Source: Lytechinus pictus (taxonomy: Eukaryota). From it: DNA of 64,000 bases. The notes under the pieces were generated by a model, which was not told the origin of the DNA, searched no databases, and was given only the letters and a program-made list of their open reading frames with translations. A program made the position numbers and the translations under genes. The first letter of the stretch is position 1. Each line of letters begins with the position of its first letter. Positions 38,308-51,556 of this stretch are shown here, one piece after another. The stretch is taken from NCBI RefSeq assembly GCF_037042905.1, contig NC_087252.1:37448001-37512000 (forward strand), in the 5' to 3' direction.

Positions 38308-39238
38308 TAGAGCTAAATTATAAAAATAACTTTTTAGTTTAAATAACAGTTTCATTGTATTATCAGCAATTTAATCCCAGATATTCCCCCCCCCCCTATC
38401 TCTCTCACGCTCTCTCATCCTCTCTGAATTTTATTTCTTCAAATAGAATGTTGAAGCCCATCGATCAAGCTTTGAATTTCTGCGTCAATCAGGGGAATTC
38501 CCTGGGTCTCTTGACAGGCTTGGGGTCGAACATGTGCCATTTGATCTCTCGCATGCGGTCTTTCCATTCAAGTTGTGGAAAATTCCATTCATAAATAATT
38601 TAGACTAATATCCAGTCTTTTATTTTTTTCATTCGATTGATTTTCCTCACTTTACATGGCAGCGACTGTATTTCTCTTAATATTTTCAAAAAAAGGACTG
38701 TTTTTTAGACTAGACGTAAAAGTCAAGCGTCGCGCCACGCTACCGATTCATCAATATTCATGAGGAATCGTAACCACGTGATCGAAAAGATCGTCGGAAA
38801 CGTGAATATTCAACAGCACTGGATGACGTCATTTTTAGTTTTTTGCCTTGGGAATCCAAAACCCTGATAGGTATTGGCATGAAACCAACAGGAATAACAC
38901 TAGAATACGATTTTCTAATGACCATATAATGTGCAGCTCAAAAAATGCACGGGATCATATTTCTAAAAAGTTTTTTCATCATTATTTCAGTATTGAGGGG
39001 GCGGGGCCTATGTACTTTTGACGTCAGAATCTCTATCAAAAGTTCTTTCGCTGAAGTTAGCCCACATTTTTCATAGACTTACCAGTTGCCAATCCCAAGC
39101 AATTTAATGATCAAAATGTGGAAAAAACATGGTCACTTCCGGGGGGGGGGGGGTGAGAAAAAGATCTGGGATTAAATTGCTGATAATACAGTGAAACTGT
39201 TCAACTAAAAAGTTATTTTTATTATTTATTTAGCTCTA
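38308..39238. mobile_element. Non-autonomous element with ~90-bp imperfect terminal inverted repeats
   Basis: tagagctaaat...acagtttcattgtattatcagcaatttaatcccagat (from 38308) is inverted at ~39163-39238. A truncated copy lies at 36323-36943. No clear TSD. Confidence 0.6.
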
Positions 39239-40580
39239 CCGATGTGTTCAAGTCACCCCCATTAATAAATTAACTTTCTAACTTTAATCGACAATGAAAA
39301 CAAGTTTCATGAAAACAAGTTTCAGCTTGTCCTGCCTTTTTCACCATGGATCTTCACAGATACGCTCCTCTAAACCTCGTATTTAAAAAAAAATGCATTT
39401 ATGGGACAATATTTACCACTTCTGAATTTTTTCTAAGTCTGGTAACAACATACATGTATGCTCGTCGTAATAATATTCCATTCCTAAAAGAAATATTTAT
39501 GGACGTTCATATTTTCGTGTTCTTCGGTAATTTCGAAAAAATAATCATAGAAATAGATTGGTACAGACAATGGCCGGGGTTAGTGAACATCACAGGCACA
39601 TGTGAGGTGTTTTTAGTTTAGGTGAGTACTATTATTATGTTTAAATATATATATATATTTTTTTTTTTTGTGTTTTAATTATGTTTTTAATTACAGGAAA
39701 TCACACACAATATTTACATAATTAGACATGATCGTAAACAAACAAACAAAAATAAAACAACATTTAAAAACGTAAATTATAATATATCTTGAAATTGGCA
39801 ACGGCATGTCATGACTGTGCATTGGGAAGCTAGCTAGCTGCGGCCGGTCTAGTACCGTATACGCAGTGCATCAGTACCGGGTGCGCTGGGCATGGCAAGA
39901 CCGTGACTACGTTCGGAGTTCTGACGGAGAAGAAAAGATGGAAATAACTTCCACCAAAAACATGATCTAGAAGTCGAATATGTCAAATGATCATCATTTA
40001 TAGGTATGAAATATGAATCAACGTTTATTTTTAAAGAAAATCGTAAATTTCTATTTATGGAGAGACTTTTACTTTTTAGAATGCATGTTTCGTAAATAAC
40101 GTCTCGTGCACAAGCTACCACAGACTACGAGCCGGGCTGGAGCGGCAAATTTAAAATTGAATATTAATTTGCAGGAGGTCGTTCGAAACTAGCTATTCAT
40201 CGACCATTTACGTTAACAACTAGCTTCGGGGAACTTACGGGGCTGAATCGGTTATCGCTGTCCCTTTCTTGTCTCACAAAGGCCATAGTTTGACACTTAA
40301 TATCTTCACTTTTTGGAAACCTTTGGAACTGGGAGTTGGTATGTTTGCTTTGATTTTGTTTTCTCTTTCATTTCATTGTATATAAAAATGTGAAGACGTT
40401 CAAATAAAAATTCTAGGATTTCAATTTGTCCAGCCTACCATCAGAGTAAAGGAAGACGGTGCATCTCTTCGGTGCTACCTCATCACCAAGTATTGCTGGC
40501 CACAACCTGACGGAAAGTGGATCTAATGGATCAAGTAAAGAGGAGAGAGTATACTAAATTCATAACAATGGTAATGATAC

Positions 40581-41360
40581 CAGACCTTCATTTTTGAGGA
40601 GCGCGATCGCGACGGCGCTCCTACCGCGCTCCTTAAAAAAAATAAGGAGAGCAAAAAATCGCGCTCCTAAAAAAAAAAAAAAAAAAAAAAAAAAAATGAA
40701 AAAAAAAATTGCTAAAATTTCACATTTCACATCTTTAAATCTATGAAATGGTCTTCTTTTTTCCATAATTCCTTGAAATTACTGGCATGCCAAATTACTT
40801 TGATTTAGTTGAAAACTATCAGAAAAATTAAGAATATTCATCTCTTTCCCGACTCTGATTTTAATTTAAACTCGGTAAATATTTGCAGTCCCATGTAGTC
40901 CCATATGTAGATTTTCATGGCAGCACCATGAAAGTCTACATGTGGGACTACAATATTTACCGAGGTAAGTTCAAATCAGAGTCGGGAAAGAGGTGAATAT
41001 TCTTCATTTTTCTGATAGTTTTCAACTAAATCAAAGTAATTTCAAGGTATTATGGAAAAAAGAAGGCCTTTCATGGATTTAAAGATGTTTTTTTTTTTTT
41101 TTTTTAGCAATAGCGCATACGACATCTTGTAAACGTATTGACGTGACCCAGGCCTAGTTTCACCACAGATTAATTAATAGCTAACACAGCTACTGCATAT
41201 ATACAATGTTAAGAAAAATCTACAATTTATCATACATGTATTGTAATAAATTGATTTGAGCTCCTCACGGAGAGCGATTCTGAGGAGCTCAATTGAGCTC
41301 CTCAGAAAAATAAGGAGAGCGATTTATTGAGCTCCACGAAATTATAAACGTGAAGGACTG
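40581..41360. mobile_element. Non-autonomous TIR element with 6-bp TSD and internal long hairpin
   Basis: CAGACCTTCA / TGAAGGACTG termini with TGATAC duplicated. The empty site aatggtaaTGATACctgtt is present in the array units. A diverged partial second copy lies at 42922-~43208. Confidence 0.9.
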
Positions 41361-41442
41361 TGATACCTGTTAAAAAAATAGAAGTTTAAAGTGACAACCA
41401 AAGAATAAGTACAAAGAGGTATAAAGATATGCATTAAGCAGA

Positions 41443-41912
41443 ACCAGGACCATAGAGCTAGGAAGAGGTTCTAACGGTGCAGTTTACCTCCTCAGGCATG
41501 CGGTGACAAAAGATCCCATCGCTCTGAAGAAATTCCCTATGTCCAGGGAACCTGCACACCGTCAACGCCAGTTCTACATCATAAGCGAAGAGGCAAGCAT
41601 CCAGAAAGATCTTAGTGCATTCTGTTAATTTCCCGGAACTACGAGTATGTCACACTGGATTGTCATACTCTCGCTCTAGCTATGGAGTTTGTGGGTGATG
41701 CCCAGCGGGGGAAGAGTGTCACTTTGGCTGACTCCCTGGATGGAAGACCTTCCAGATGGAAGCAGGAGGAAAAGTCTTTGATCGCCAAGGACATCAGTGA
41801 GGGAATGAACATCATGCATCACCACGGATTCCTCATCAATGATCTGAAATGCAACAATGTCCTGCTGAACCAGGAGGAAGGCAGATGTAAGACTTTGGTC
41901 ATGCAACCATAA
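41443..41912 (+). pseudogene. Truncated kinase copy (subdomains I-VII)
   Basis: ELGRGSNGAVYLL...IALKK...INDLKCNNVLL, with a small deletion just before DFG. A further VIa-VII fragment lies at ~42047-42183. Confidence 0.82.
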
Positions 41913-42426
41913 TGGTATAGTGTAGCATGTACTATATTGGTGTATAGTGTTGTATATTGGTGTATAGTGTAGTATATCGGTGTATAGTTATGCTTATATT
42001 AGTGTATAATTTAGTAGGCCTATATTCGTAATTGTAATTATGGCAACACTGGACATCGTTGAGGGAATCAATATCATTCACCGCCAAGGATTCCTCATCA
42101 ATGATCTGAAATGCCACAATGTCCTGCTGAACCAGGAGGAAGGCAGACTGAGGACCAAAATCATCGGCTTTGGTCATGCAACCAGAGTGGTATAGTGAAT
42201 TATATTCGTGTTTAGTGTAATATATTACAGCATTTTGTGTATTTGATAGTGCAGCTGACGCTAGAGGCAGATCAGGATTAACAGGCTTGCGATTGCATGG
42301 GGAGACAATGAAGATTACCGAAGTACCATGACAATTTTTAGAAATTAATCTTGAAATTCGAACAGTAATTTTTACTAAGCCAGAGTAAAGGATTTCCTTG
42401 AAATGGTGGCAAAGCCAGGAGTCCAG

Positions 42427-42598
42427 GTGGGTGTTTCATAAAGCTGTTCGTAAGATAAGAACGACTTTAAGAACGACTGGTGATCCTTTCTTTTGGTAAA
42501 TGGTATACACCTTAGGCGATGGTTTAGCGTGTAAGAAAGGATCACCAGTCGTTCTTAAAGTCGCTCTTAACTTACGAACAGCGTTATGAAACGGCCCC
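42427..42598. mobile_element. Harbinger/PIF-like palindromic MITE with CAG TSD
   Basis: Near-complete 172-bp palindrome (gtttcataaagctgttcgtaag... / ...cttacgaacagcgttatgaaac). CAG at 42424-42426 and 42599-42601. Confidence 0.8.
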
Positions 42599-43619
42599 CA
42601 GGCCCTTGTGTATTCATCAGATAATAAGAACAAAATCAGAGTTGGGGATGGAACATTAGCTGTCGACTAAAGGATAAGTATTAACCGTATCTACCCCATC
42701 AGTGATTCTCCCCAGTACCTCGACGATTTCCCCACACCGATGAATGCCCTCATGGCATCAGGGTATCTCAAGCTTCGACCAGTCATACCCTGGAACTACA
42801 CTTTAAGTTCTTGGAGAACAATTTGTGTAAGTTCACTTAACTAGGTAAAAGTTTATTCCCACATTGCCAATACAATGATTTTTGTAAAACCCACATAATG
42901 AAAAATGTGGTTTGAAAAGTTCAGACCTTCATTTTTGAGAAGCGCGATCACGCCGGTGCTCGTACCACGCTCCTAAAAAATATGAGAATAATATCACGCT
43001 CCTTATTTTTTTATTTTTAAAAGCTTCACCAAAAGTTGCTAAAATTTCACATTTTACATCTTTATATTCATGAAATAGGCATCTATTTTCCATAATTCCT
43101 TGAAATTATTTTAAATTAGTTGGAAACTATGGTAAAAATGAAGAATATTCACCTCTTTCTTGACTCTGATTTATGATGTTAAACTCGGTAAATATTGTAG
43201 TCCCATATTGGTCATTCGTAGGATGCGGACGTGATTTTTTTCTCTCTTCGCTCGTGTCACAGTGCCCCTTCGCATGCCAGGCCTTGTTGGTGGCTATGTG
43301 GCACGGGTAATTTGGACTGATTAACTCTTTTTTTACTTTAATTTCTACATACTTCCAGAGGTTTTCTTTTACGATTCTCCCCTTAACTTGTATTTTATTC
43401 CATTTATTGAACTGTCTTCAACAGGCATATCTTCATATACAATGTATTCTATGGAAAGGAAACGTCCAAGAGCGCCTAGCAGGTCATCAAACTCCAGCGT
43501 AACAATTAGGAAAACGGAAGATGTCTGGAAAGAAAATGTTGCAAGAAACTGACCTAGGAGAAAAATTAATGTCTCGACTGGAGTCAAGATTGGACAATTT
43601 TTAGACATGTATCGGAGGG

Positions 43620-44040
43620 AAGATGGAAGAAATTACGCGAAAGATCCTGGAAATTGACAAAAAACTAAACGAAGGATGTGACGCATTATTGTTCTGTTTG
43701 GAGGTGGAAAAGGCAAAAGAGCATACAAAAAGGTGAGAGTGGAATGTGTCGTTAAATGTAACAAGCTTCAAGAGGAGATTGATCGTTTAACAACCTACAT
43801 TGCTAGAGAGAATCTTGTATTCCTCGGTATTCCGGAGAGAGATAATGAACAGGTACAGGAAATGCTACAAGCCTTTTATGTTGATAATCTTAAATTATCT
43901 GCAGATTTCTCCGACATCATTTATCAACCAGTACGTCGATGCCCATCCAGCATCCAACCGGACTTATTAAAGCTCGCTTTTTGAAAAACTTGGACAAAGA
44001 ACAAGTGAGGGAGAAATTACGGGTTTTCAAAATTCAGTGA
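43620..44040 (+). pseudogene. Non-LTR retrotransposon ORF1-like fragment (coiled coil + RRM, L1/Transposase_22-like)
   Basis: LQEEIDRLTTYIARENLVFLGIPERDNE...IIYQPVRRC, then after a frameshift IKARFLKNLDKEQVR. Confidence 0.6.
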
Positions 44041-44655
44041 CTGATTATCAGAAAGCGACAGACAAGGATCATATCCTGATATCAAAAAGAAAAAAAATAC
44101 CCACAAATTTTACTGCGATCGGGCACCAGAAAACAATTTTGAAAGGGGTAAACTGACCATGCCATTCAAAAATCAGATGGCCATCTTAACCTTTTTTAGT
44201 ACATGATTGTTGATAAAGTTGCCCCCCCCCCCTTCTCCGCGGTTCCACAGCAGCTGCAATTGGTTTATAGACAAACTAGGATGAATAAGTTGGTCATAAG
44301 TAGCTACTTCATCAGACATTTTGAATCTATCCAATGTACAAGAGTATCTATTTCAGAATCTGAAGCGCATTTCAAAAAGCCTACCAAGAAGGCTGAATAA
44401 GTTATGTATAGTGACCAAATGTGCCATCATAAAAATCAAGGTAAGTAGTAAAAATGTGAATGGCAAGAAAAAAATTGAGATTTTACATATAAATAAGGAT
44501 TGGCAAATTCAGCTTCACTCTTTCTATCAACTATGTCTACCTTCTCATCCTGATGTACATGTATTGCAATTGACACCACCTCTGAATTGACTGGTTTACC
44601 ATGGTGTATGAGATGTAGGTTTCTTCTGTTGCCGTTTCCTTTGATGAACTGTCCT

Positions 44656-45410
44656 TTAGTCATATTCTTTTTTGGTAGAGTCTAAGCTTTCAATTTCCTC
44701 CACCATACTGTCATAGTCATTCAAATCGTTGCTCTGATCAAGTTCTTTGCTGTCAGTTGTGGTTGGTGTCACCAGATCCTCTTTTTCAAGACAGGACCAC
44801 TTTTTACCCACGGACAAGTGATGTATGGTACGCAAATGAAAAACAAAACAACCTTTCCTCTTAAAGTACCGCTTGCAGAACTGACATCGAAATGAGTTGG
44901 GGTCATGGGACAGCATATGCTGCTTCGTGGCTCTGGTATGCTTCCATTCCTTTCTGCAGATCTTACACCTTTGTCTCAATCCCTTGGAGTCATTTACAGC
45001 CTGTTGCAACCGCTTCTGCTTCCTCATCTCCTCCACAAGCCTGGACTATTCCTGGTCATCTTCAGACACAATGTCCCTCTCCAGAAGCTCATCTATGGTC
45101 CCCAGGAGCCATTTCCTACCCATGGTGATCTCGTGTATGGTGCGGAGATGAAAGACGAGGCAGCCTTTCCTCTTGAAGAACCAATCACAGTACTGACGTT
45201 GATAGGAGCTGGGGTCATGTGACAGCAGATGCTGCCTCAGAGACATGTTGTGCTTAGCATTACATTCCTCCCCACAAATTTCACTGATTGGTTTAGTCTT
45301 ATGGCTTTCATCTTTGTCCTGAGCATCTCGCTGTATTGGTTTAGGGTCAGTCTCCTTGCTGTGGTCTATGTCCATGTCGCGTTTGCCACCTCCACCTCTC
45401 GGCTCAGGTT
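44656..45410 (-). CDS. Candidate additional 3' exon of the PRDM-like gene: two C2H2 finger pairs, with in-frame TAG at 45046-45048
   Basis: Pyrimidine-rich acceptor at 45411-45412 (phase 1). The finger pairs resemble fingers 3-4 of the main exon. ORFs 45046-45444 and 44656-45036 share a frame. Confidence 0.55.
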
Positions 45411-45694
45411 CTGATATGGAAGAATAGGAAAATTTAGAAAACAAAAGAGATAGTTTTATACAAGACTACAATATTAGCTTCTATTCCCACATTATAGGGG
45501 TGGCCATTTACAGGTAATCAGTAAAGATTCTGTAAAATTATGATTACTGCAATTACCATGAGAACTGACGGAGCAAACTAATGCTTCATATCTTATCAAA
45601 CCATAATCCTTTCTGTTTGCATGCATTTTCATGAGTATGACAGCCTCAGGTTTGAAGTTATTTTCTTCAAGTGCCTTTATTTGGATAGGACTTC

Positions 45695-45915
45695 TGAGAC
45701 CTTTGATCTATAACCTAATGATTAGGACTCCCATACACGATATAGGGTATTTGTATATCGCTTTAATTTGCCTTGACGGTCCTATGTTAATCTGGCTAAG
45801 CTCGGCTACCGATTCCAGCGCTCACAGCTTTTTGAGGAACTACTTCCTGCCAGTATCTATTTACCTCACTGGGGTTTAGTGCAGCACTGAATCCATTTGT
45901 TGCTGAAGGACATTA
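45695..45915 (-). mobile_element. Possible SINE fragment
   Basis: The reverse complement reads gtccttcagcaa...cccagtgaggtaaatagatactggcagg, resembling the conserved post-tRNA-head region of invertebrate SINEs. No A/B boxes were seen. Confidence 0.35.
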
Positions 45916-46293
45916 TGCCATATAATATTAAATGCATGTCACATAACCAAGTTTGAAATTGCTTTGGCGAAATGGTTCTTTGGTGGCATATTCATACATA
46001 CAATGACCCCTGTGACATTTGACCAACACCCCTCCCCCTCCAAAAAAAAATCTAATCAGTGTCACTTTCATACGCATACAGATGAGCTAAATGTGAAAAT
46101 TATGTATGTATGATATGTTACAACCAGGATACACACACACAATAGGATCAACATAAACCCATTTTCAGATGCATATAAAGAGAACATTCACAGGAACACA
46201 TAGTTTCAAAACTAAAGGTCACAAAAGAACATCAGCTCGCCTTACTAATCAGGAAATCACTTGCTGATGGAAGGGCAGATATCCTAATTACTG

Positions 46294-49200
46294 CTACGAT
46301 GGGTGGAGTTGAACTTCTTGAAGTCCGGTGTTACCAGTTGAGCTGTTCTGAAGAGCAACTGTGTCCTGAACGCTGGAAATACCTTGGTCACTCAGAGCCG
46401 ACTCCTTGTCATGCCGCAGGAGATGCCTTATTAGGGTGTTGTTCAAGGCAAATTTCTGACCGCAAATATGACATGAGAACTTCTTTTCCCCTGTATGAAC
46501 ATGCAAGTGAGTCTGCAAGGAATATTTTGTACCAAACGCTTTCCCACATGTCAGACAGACATGAGGCCGGATACCCTTGTGGCGACGTTCATGGCGCTCC
46601 CTGCCAGTGTTGTCTTTGAAAGTCTTGTCACAGTATCCACATTTGAAGAGTCTAGAAGGTGCCATATGCTGCCTACGTTTGTGTTTCAGCATGTACTTTC
46701 TGGTGCGGAATGCCTTCCCACAATCATCACATTTGAAAGGTCTTTCCCCGCGATGTTCTGGTTGGTGGTTAATGAGCGCTTTCTCCGATGCAAAGGACTG
46801 AGGACACTCCGAACACTTGAAGGGGCGTTCCTTGGTATGCTTACGTTTATGCAGAGTATAGTTGTATTCCTCCATAAAAGTCTTCGGACAGAAATCACAT
46901 TTGAAGCGTCCATTGTTCATGTGCACAGTTCTTTCATGCTTGCACACCAGGTTGTGTCTTATGAATTTCTTGGGGCAGAACTGGCACTTAAAAACCCTTG
47001 GCTTCTTTGACTTGATGAGGATATGCTTACCTAACATGTCCTTGGGCAGTTCTGGATGGAATTCCTCTTCCTCATCTTCCTCGCCAGGCCCCACGTATCT
47101 CGTCATCTGCTCCTGGACGTTGCCCCTTGTCCATTTCTCACCCACAAAGGTCTGGTGAATGTGCCTCAGGTGGTACACAAGACAACCCCTCCTGCGGAAA
47201 TACCTCTTGCAGAACTCACACTGGAATGCATCAGGGTTATGGGAAAGCTGATGTTGCTTCAGTGCTTTGTTATGCTTACACTCAAGTCCACAGACCTCGC
47301 AAATTGGCTTCACGTCTTTCATTTCCTTGTGAAATGCAGCATGTTCCTTCAAGTGCCCCTCTGACGGGAACTTCTTCCTGCACCTCTTGCAAGAGAACTC
47401 GTCCTTCTCTGAAGATTTTCCAAGTGGGACGAGCTTGACCTTCAAGAATCTCTTGGACTTGTCCACTCGAGGTCTCTCCCGAGCCTTCTCTGCGTTGCGC
47501 TCTTTGTCCCTTGCCATCTTCGCTGCGACATCCTTGATGGTCATAAGGTTCGGTATCTTTGGCTTCGGGGGTGGAGTGGGCTTGGCTGGTTCAAAATCCT
47601 TGGGAGGAATCAGGTTCTTCTTGTTGTCGTGTTCAAACTTGATGTGTCTGAACAGGCTTTTGGAGTTGGTATAGCGATTGTCACAATCTCTGCACTCAAA
47701 CCTCTCAGCATCTACATGCACAAGAAAAGAATGAGAAAGAATGTTTATTTGGCGATTAGATTGCATATATATCTGAGCAATGGATAACATGAAATGATCG
47801 TAGCATGTGCAAAATATTTTAGGTGATGGAGAAATACCTCCAGAACATCAGAGATGCCACCCTACAGGATGACAACCAGAAACATCTCAAGAAATGTATG
47901 TTTTTTGTAACATGAAAAGTAATATTTTCAAGCTACCAGTATTACCACGTGCCATTATAGTTTTTCTTACACATAATACATATTGCTTTGTACAATCAAG
48001 TCGTTTCATACTTTATTCCCACTACAAGGAATATGGTTTCTGATTTAGCAGTATGAATCATTTTTCTTCTTGAAACTTCGATGTTTAATAAAAAATGGGG
48101 ATGTTAAAAAAATTGTGTCGTAGTCAGATCCTATGGTGAGTGGCGGGGAATACACACAACTTTACGCATAACTCCTGAACATTTACTAACAAAGCATCCA
48201 AATATATGTAGTATTAAATCTGCAAAGCCAAAGAACAGGGTCATTGAGGAAAATAAGTTCCACAGCATCAAGATGAAACCAAAGCATACCTTCAAAGTAC
48301 AGCAGGTTGTTGAGGTTTTCCTTGAAGCCCACATGCTTAGAGTAATCCTGGCTGTAGAACACCCTCAGTTCCGTACCAGACGTTACAGGCTTGGTGGTTC
48401 GGAAGAAGATGTCCCCATAGAACTGGAAGGCCTCTAAATTCTGTTCCTCAGAATTCTTGGCAAACTGGACATGGAGCATCCAGTTGTGAGGGTCGGTGGC
48501 TCCGTCGATGTAGTACCAGGTCTTTCCCCTCACGCATACCTATACAAGACAAGATAATAGTAATAAATTATCTGGTCATTTACAATGAGCTTAAACCTAT
48601 ATACCCAAGGCTATTTTGAAAACACATAGATCGGGAGGGGGAGGGGCTTTTTTGCGCTCCTCACATCTTGGTTGTTGATCACGCGATCGCAATGAAAATT
48701 GGCACAGACGTCACCCATGAAATAATCTCCAAATTGGATAATTGTACTGAAAATATTCAAATCTGTTTTTAATTATGATAATCAATGCATGAAATCATAA
48801 TTCAGCTGTAAATCTGTAAAACTAGAGATATCACTGAAGGTGCTTATCAAAAACCCTACTCTTTTCATCCTTTCATTTTCAGCCTTTTTCAGCTTTCTGT
48901 GCACTATGTCTGTATAACAGCTTTTGCAATTTCAGCTATTTACATTAAAAGTCATTCACATCCCTGGTTCTTTCATATATCTGTCTATACACGGGACTCA
49001 GGGTGATTTCAACCCCCAAAATGCAAGAGCCCTGGAAAATCCTCTTTTCACTGATACATTGAAGCTTATCCAAAGTAGCAGAATTGGCAAATAGTTTGTG
49101 AAAAGTAGCTCCCGAAAATTGATATTTTGCCTCCTTCCTATCCTTTACGATCTTAAGTTTAAGAACAAGTGCAGTATAATTACCTCCCATGTGTTTGGGT

Positions 49201-50746
49201 TGAAGCAACCCAAGCCTTCCTTCACAAACTCTCCAGTAAATGGTCCAAACTGCACCCCGACCTCGAGGTCTTTGGTTGCGACGACACCAGATATCTTCTT
49301 CTCTTTCTCATCCTCTGTATAACTGAGGCCATCAGGTAGTTCCTTCTCCTTGGAGAAGTGCACAGAGGCATTATAGACCTGTTGGAACAAAGGTTCCGTC
49401 TGGCAGTGTTTGCTGAAGCTGATGGTGTCCCTTGGGCGAGGTGTCTGGTCCTGGTGCAGCTGTGGCACTTGTGTCTGCTGGTAAACCTGAGGAGTCACTA
49501 TCTGCGTCACTGGTGTCCGCATGCTGGGCGCCTTACTCAGTTGCTTGGGGTTAGATCCTGGAGCGGCCCGCTTCTTAGGCGTGCGACCCGTAGAAGATAC
49601 GGCACGCGAGTTGCTCTTGGACGTGTTGGCACACACCTGGATGCTCCCAGGAGTGGTGCTCAATGGGTCACAGGATGTGGAAGTGGGAAGGCGAGTGTTG
49701 TTGGAGAGGTCCTCTATGTGGTAGGTGTTGCTACCACCAGTCTGACCTTGCTGGAGGGGTGGTGATGTTTGCTGGGTCGATGGCAACGTTGGGATCTGTT
49801 GGAGATGTATCCCATGCTGGCTGTGTGGTGGTACCTCTTGGTGGTAGTGACCTTGTACATTGCTCCCTAGACAAATAGATAACAAATGTAAAACAAAGGT
49901 AGTTGTATTGATGCTGACATGGTAAAGGGATCTTTTAATCAGGATTTTTTTAAAGTCTGTATGCACCACACTTGAAATTTCACCATTCTGTTAAACTTTT
50001 TTTTCTCCTCTCTCACACAACATTTCATGACCAAAATTGGATTCCCCTTTTAGTATCCGCATATTTGACCTCCCATTCCTTAACCTACATGTAGAATTTT
50101 TCATTCTGTATGCACCACACTTCTGCTCACCATCATCCAATATTTTGTCCGATATTGTTCAAAATTTCACCATTCTGTTTTACTTATTTTTCTCCTCTCT
50201 CACACAACATTTTATGACCAAAATTGGATTCCCCTTTTGGTATCCACATATTTGACCTCCCATCATTTAAAGAGGGTGGATAGTTTTGGTAATTCCTCGA
50301 AATTGGCCTGTCACCATTCTAATTAATTTGTATATTATATGAATGTGTATGTCCTAAAACAGTCGTGATGTGGATGATATGAAATAAAAAGGTGTTTTTC
50401 ACGATAAATTATGCTCTTATATGTGTGAATTTTACCTTCTCGGATATCCCGACAAAGTAATTTCAAAATTGTAACATACCCCCTCTATCACCCAAATCCA
50501 GTTATCCACCCCTCTGCAGACACACCACCACCGCTGCCGTGAGTGTGCTACGCAAGAACGATAATGTAGTCCGCTACATTGCCTTGTCACTCGGTGAACG
50601 GCAGAGCAGAAAAAGCCTTGATCGCGTATCGACATTAGGATCATCGATCAGTACGTTCCTCACATGCACAACACACAACACCATTCTGTTTTCCTACCTT
50701 CCTTGCTCTTGCCTTGGCTGGCGGGGGCTGGGGCTTGCGAGTACAT
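46294..50746 (-). CDS. PRDM-family PR/SET-domain C2H2 zinc-finger protein; exons 50746-50698, 49866-49184, 48539-48290, 47711-46294 (2400 nt, 799 aa)
   Basis: All introns are GT-AG with compatible phases (1,0,1). PR/SET motifs GVVATKDLEVGVQFGPFTGE, YYIDG, NWMLHVQFAKNSEEQNLEAFQFYGDIFFRTTKPVTSGTELRVFY. 11 C2H2 fingers. The specific orthologue cannot be assigned by eye, and the first exon is least certain. Confidence 0.9.
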
Positions 50747-51392
50747 CCCCTATTGTCTAAGTCTAACTTCCAATATAACACTGGAACAATTTAGAAAAGT
50801 GATTTCAGAATGAACACTACGTACAGCACAGAGTTGGGAAAAAACCATTCTTTTTCGGTCATATTCTCCGACTTCCCGCGTTTTAGTCTCGGCTCATATG
50901 TTGTTTCAGATTGATGAAAAAAGTTTTATTATGATTCTGATGAATCAAGAGAAAAAAGGGCAGTGAAACCAACAGAAAGAAACCCTTACATACAAAGGAA
51001 ATTCCAAGATTATACATCCTGTTTATGTTTTGGAAATGCACTGTACTCTCACTAAAATGTTATGTAAACCGTCTTTGGGTAAATTGTGTCTGAATTCATA
51101 GACTAGTACAGTACATTATCCACGTTGGTTGCACTGTCCTTTCTATGTATGCAGTAGGCCTGGCGGAATTGTATTTACTTGTGTGTGTGTGTGAGGCCGG
51201 AGTGTGTGTAAGCATAGAGCTATATGGTGTAAGGTCAACAGCACTGTATGACACCATGAACTGTATAGGCCTACTATATCGATATACTCGTTTGTGTCGG
51301 CATACTAGTAAAAGGCCATGAAGAGTTCAGTCCACTGGTCATGTACATGGAGATGTAATTACAACCCATTGCTCCTGACCAGTGGTTCATAA

Positions 51393-51556
51393 TACATTGG
51401 TCACATTTGTCATACGGCGGCCGTACGGCGAGTCGATCGAAAACAGTCGTTTTATTCATTTTTATTCAAACCATCTATATACATGTATATGTAGCTGGTA
51501 CAAAAAAATGTTAAAACTCGCCGTACGGCCGCCGTAGAACAAATGTGACCAAGGTA
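51393..51556. mobile_element. Harbinger-like palindromic MITE with TAA TSD
   Basis: ttggtcacatttgtcatacggcggccgtacggcgag / ctcgccgtacggccgccgtagaacaaatgtgaccaa. TAA on both sides. A second diverged copy lies at ~61422-61574. Confidence 0.8.

Larger units (their letters stand above)
35070..38930 (+). repeat. Near-identical direct duplication with 1987-bp period
   Basis: Paired ORFs 35308/37295, 35891/37878 and 35940/37927. Breakpoint near 36943. Confidence 0.93.

Noticed and set aside
46299-47674. Plus-strand ORFs overlapping the zinc-finger exon
   Set aside because: They are antisense shadows of the real coding exon.
47712-47790. N-terminus MLSIAQIY... of the 498-aa ORF
   Set aside because: It lies upstream of the acceptor at 47712-47713 and is intronic.
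46294-50746. Calling the gene PRDM9
   Set aside because: No KRAB/SSXRD region is visible, and the fingers are diverse rather than a homogenised minisatellite-like array.
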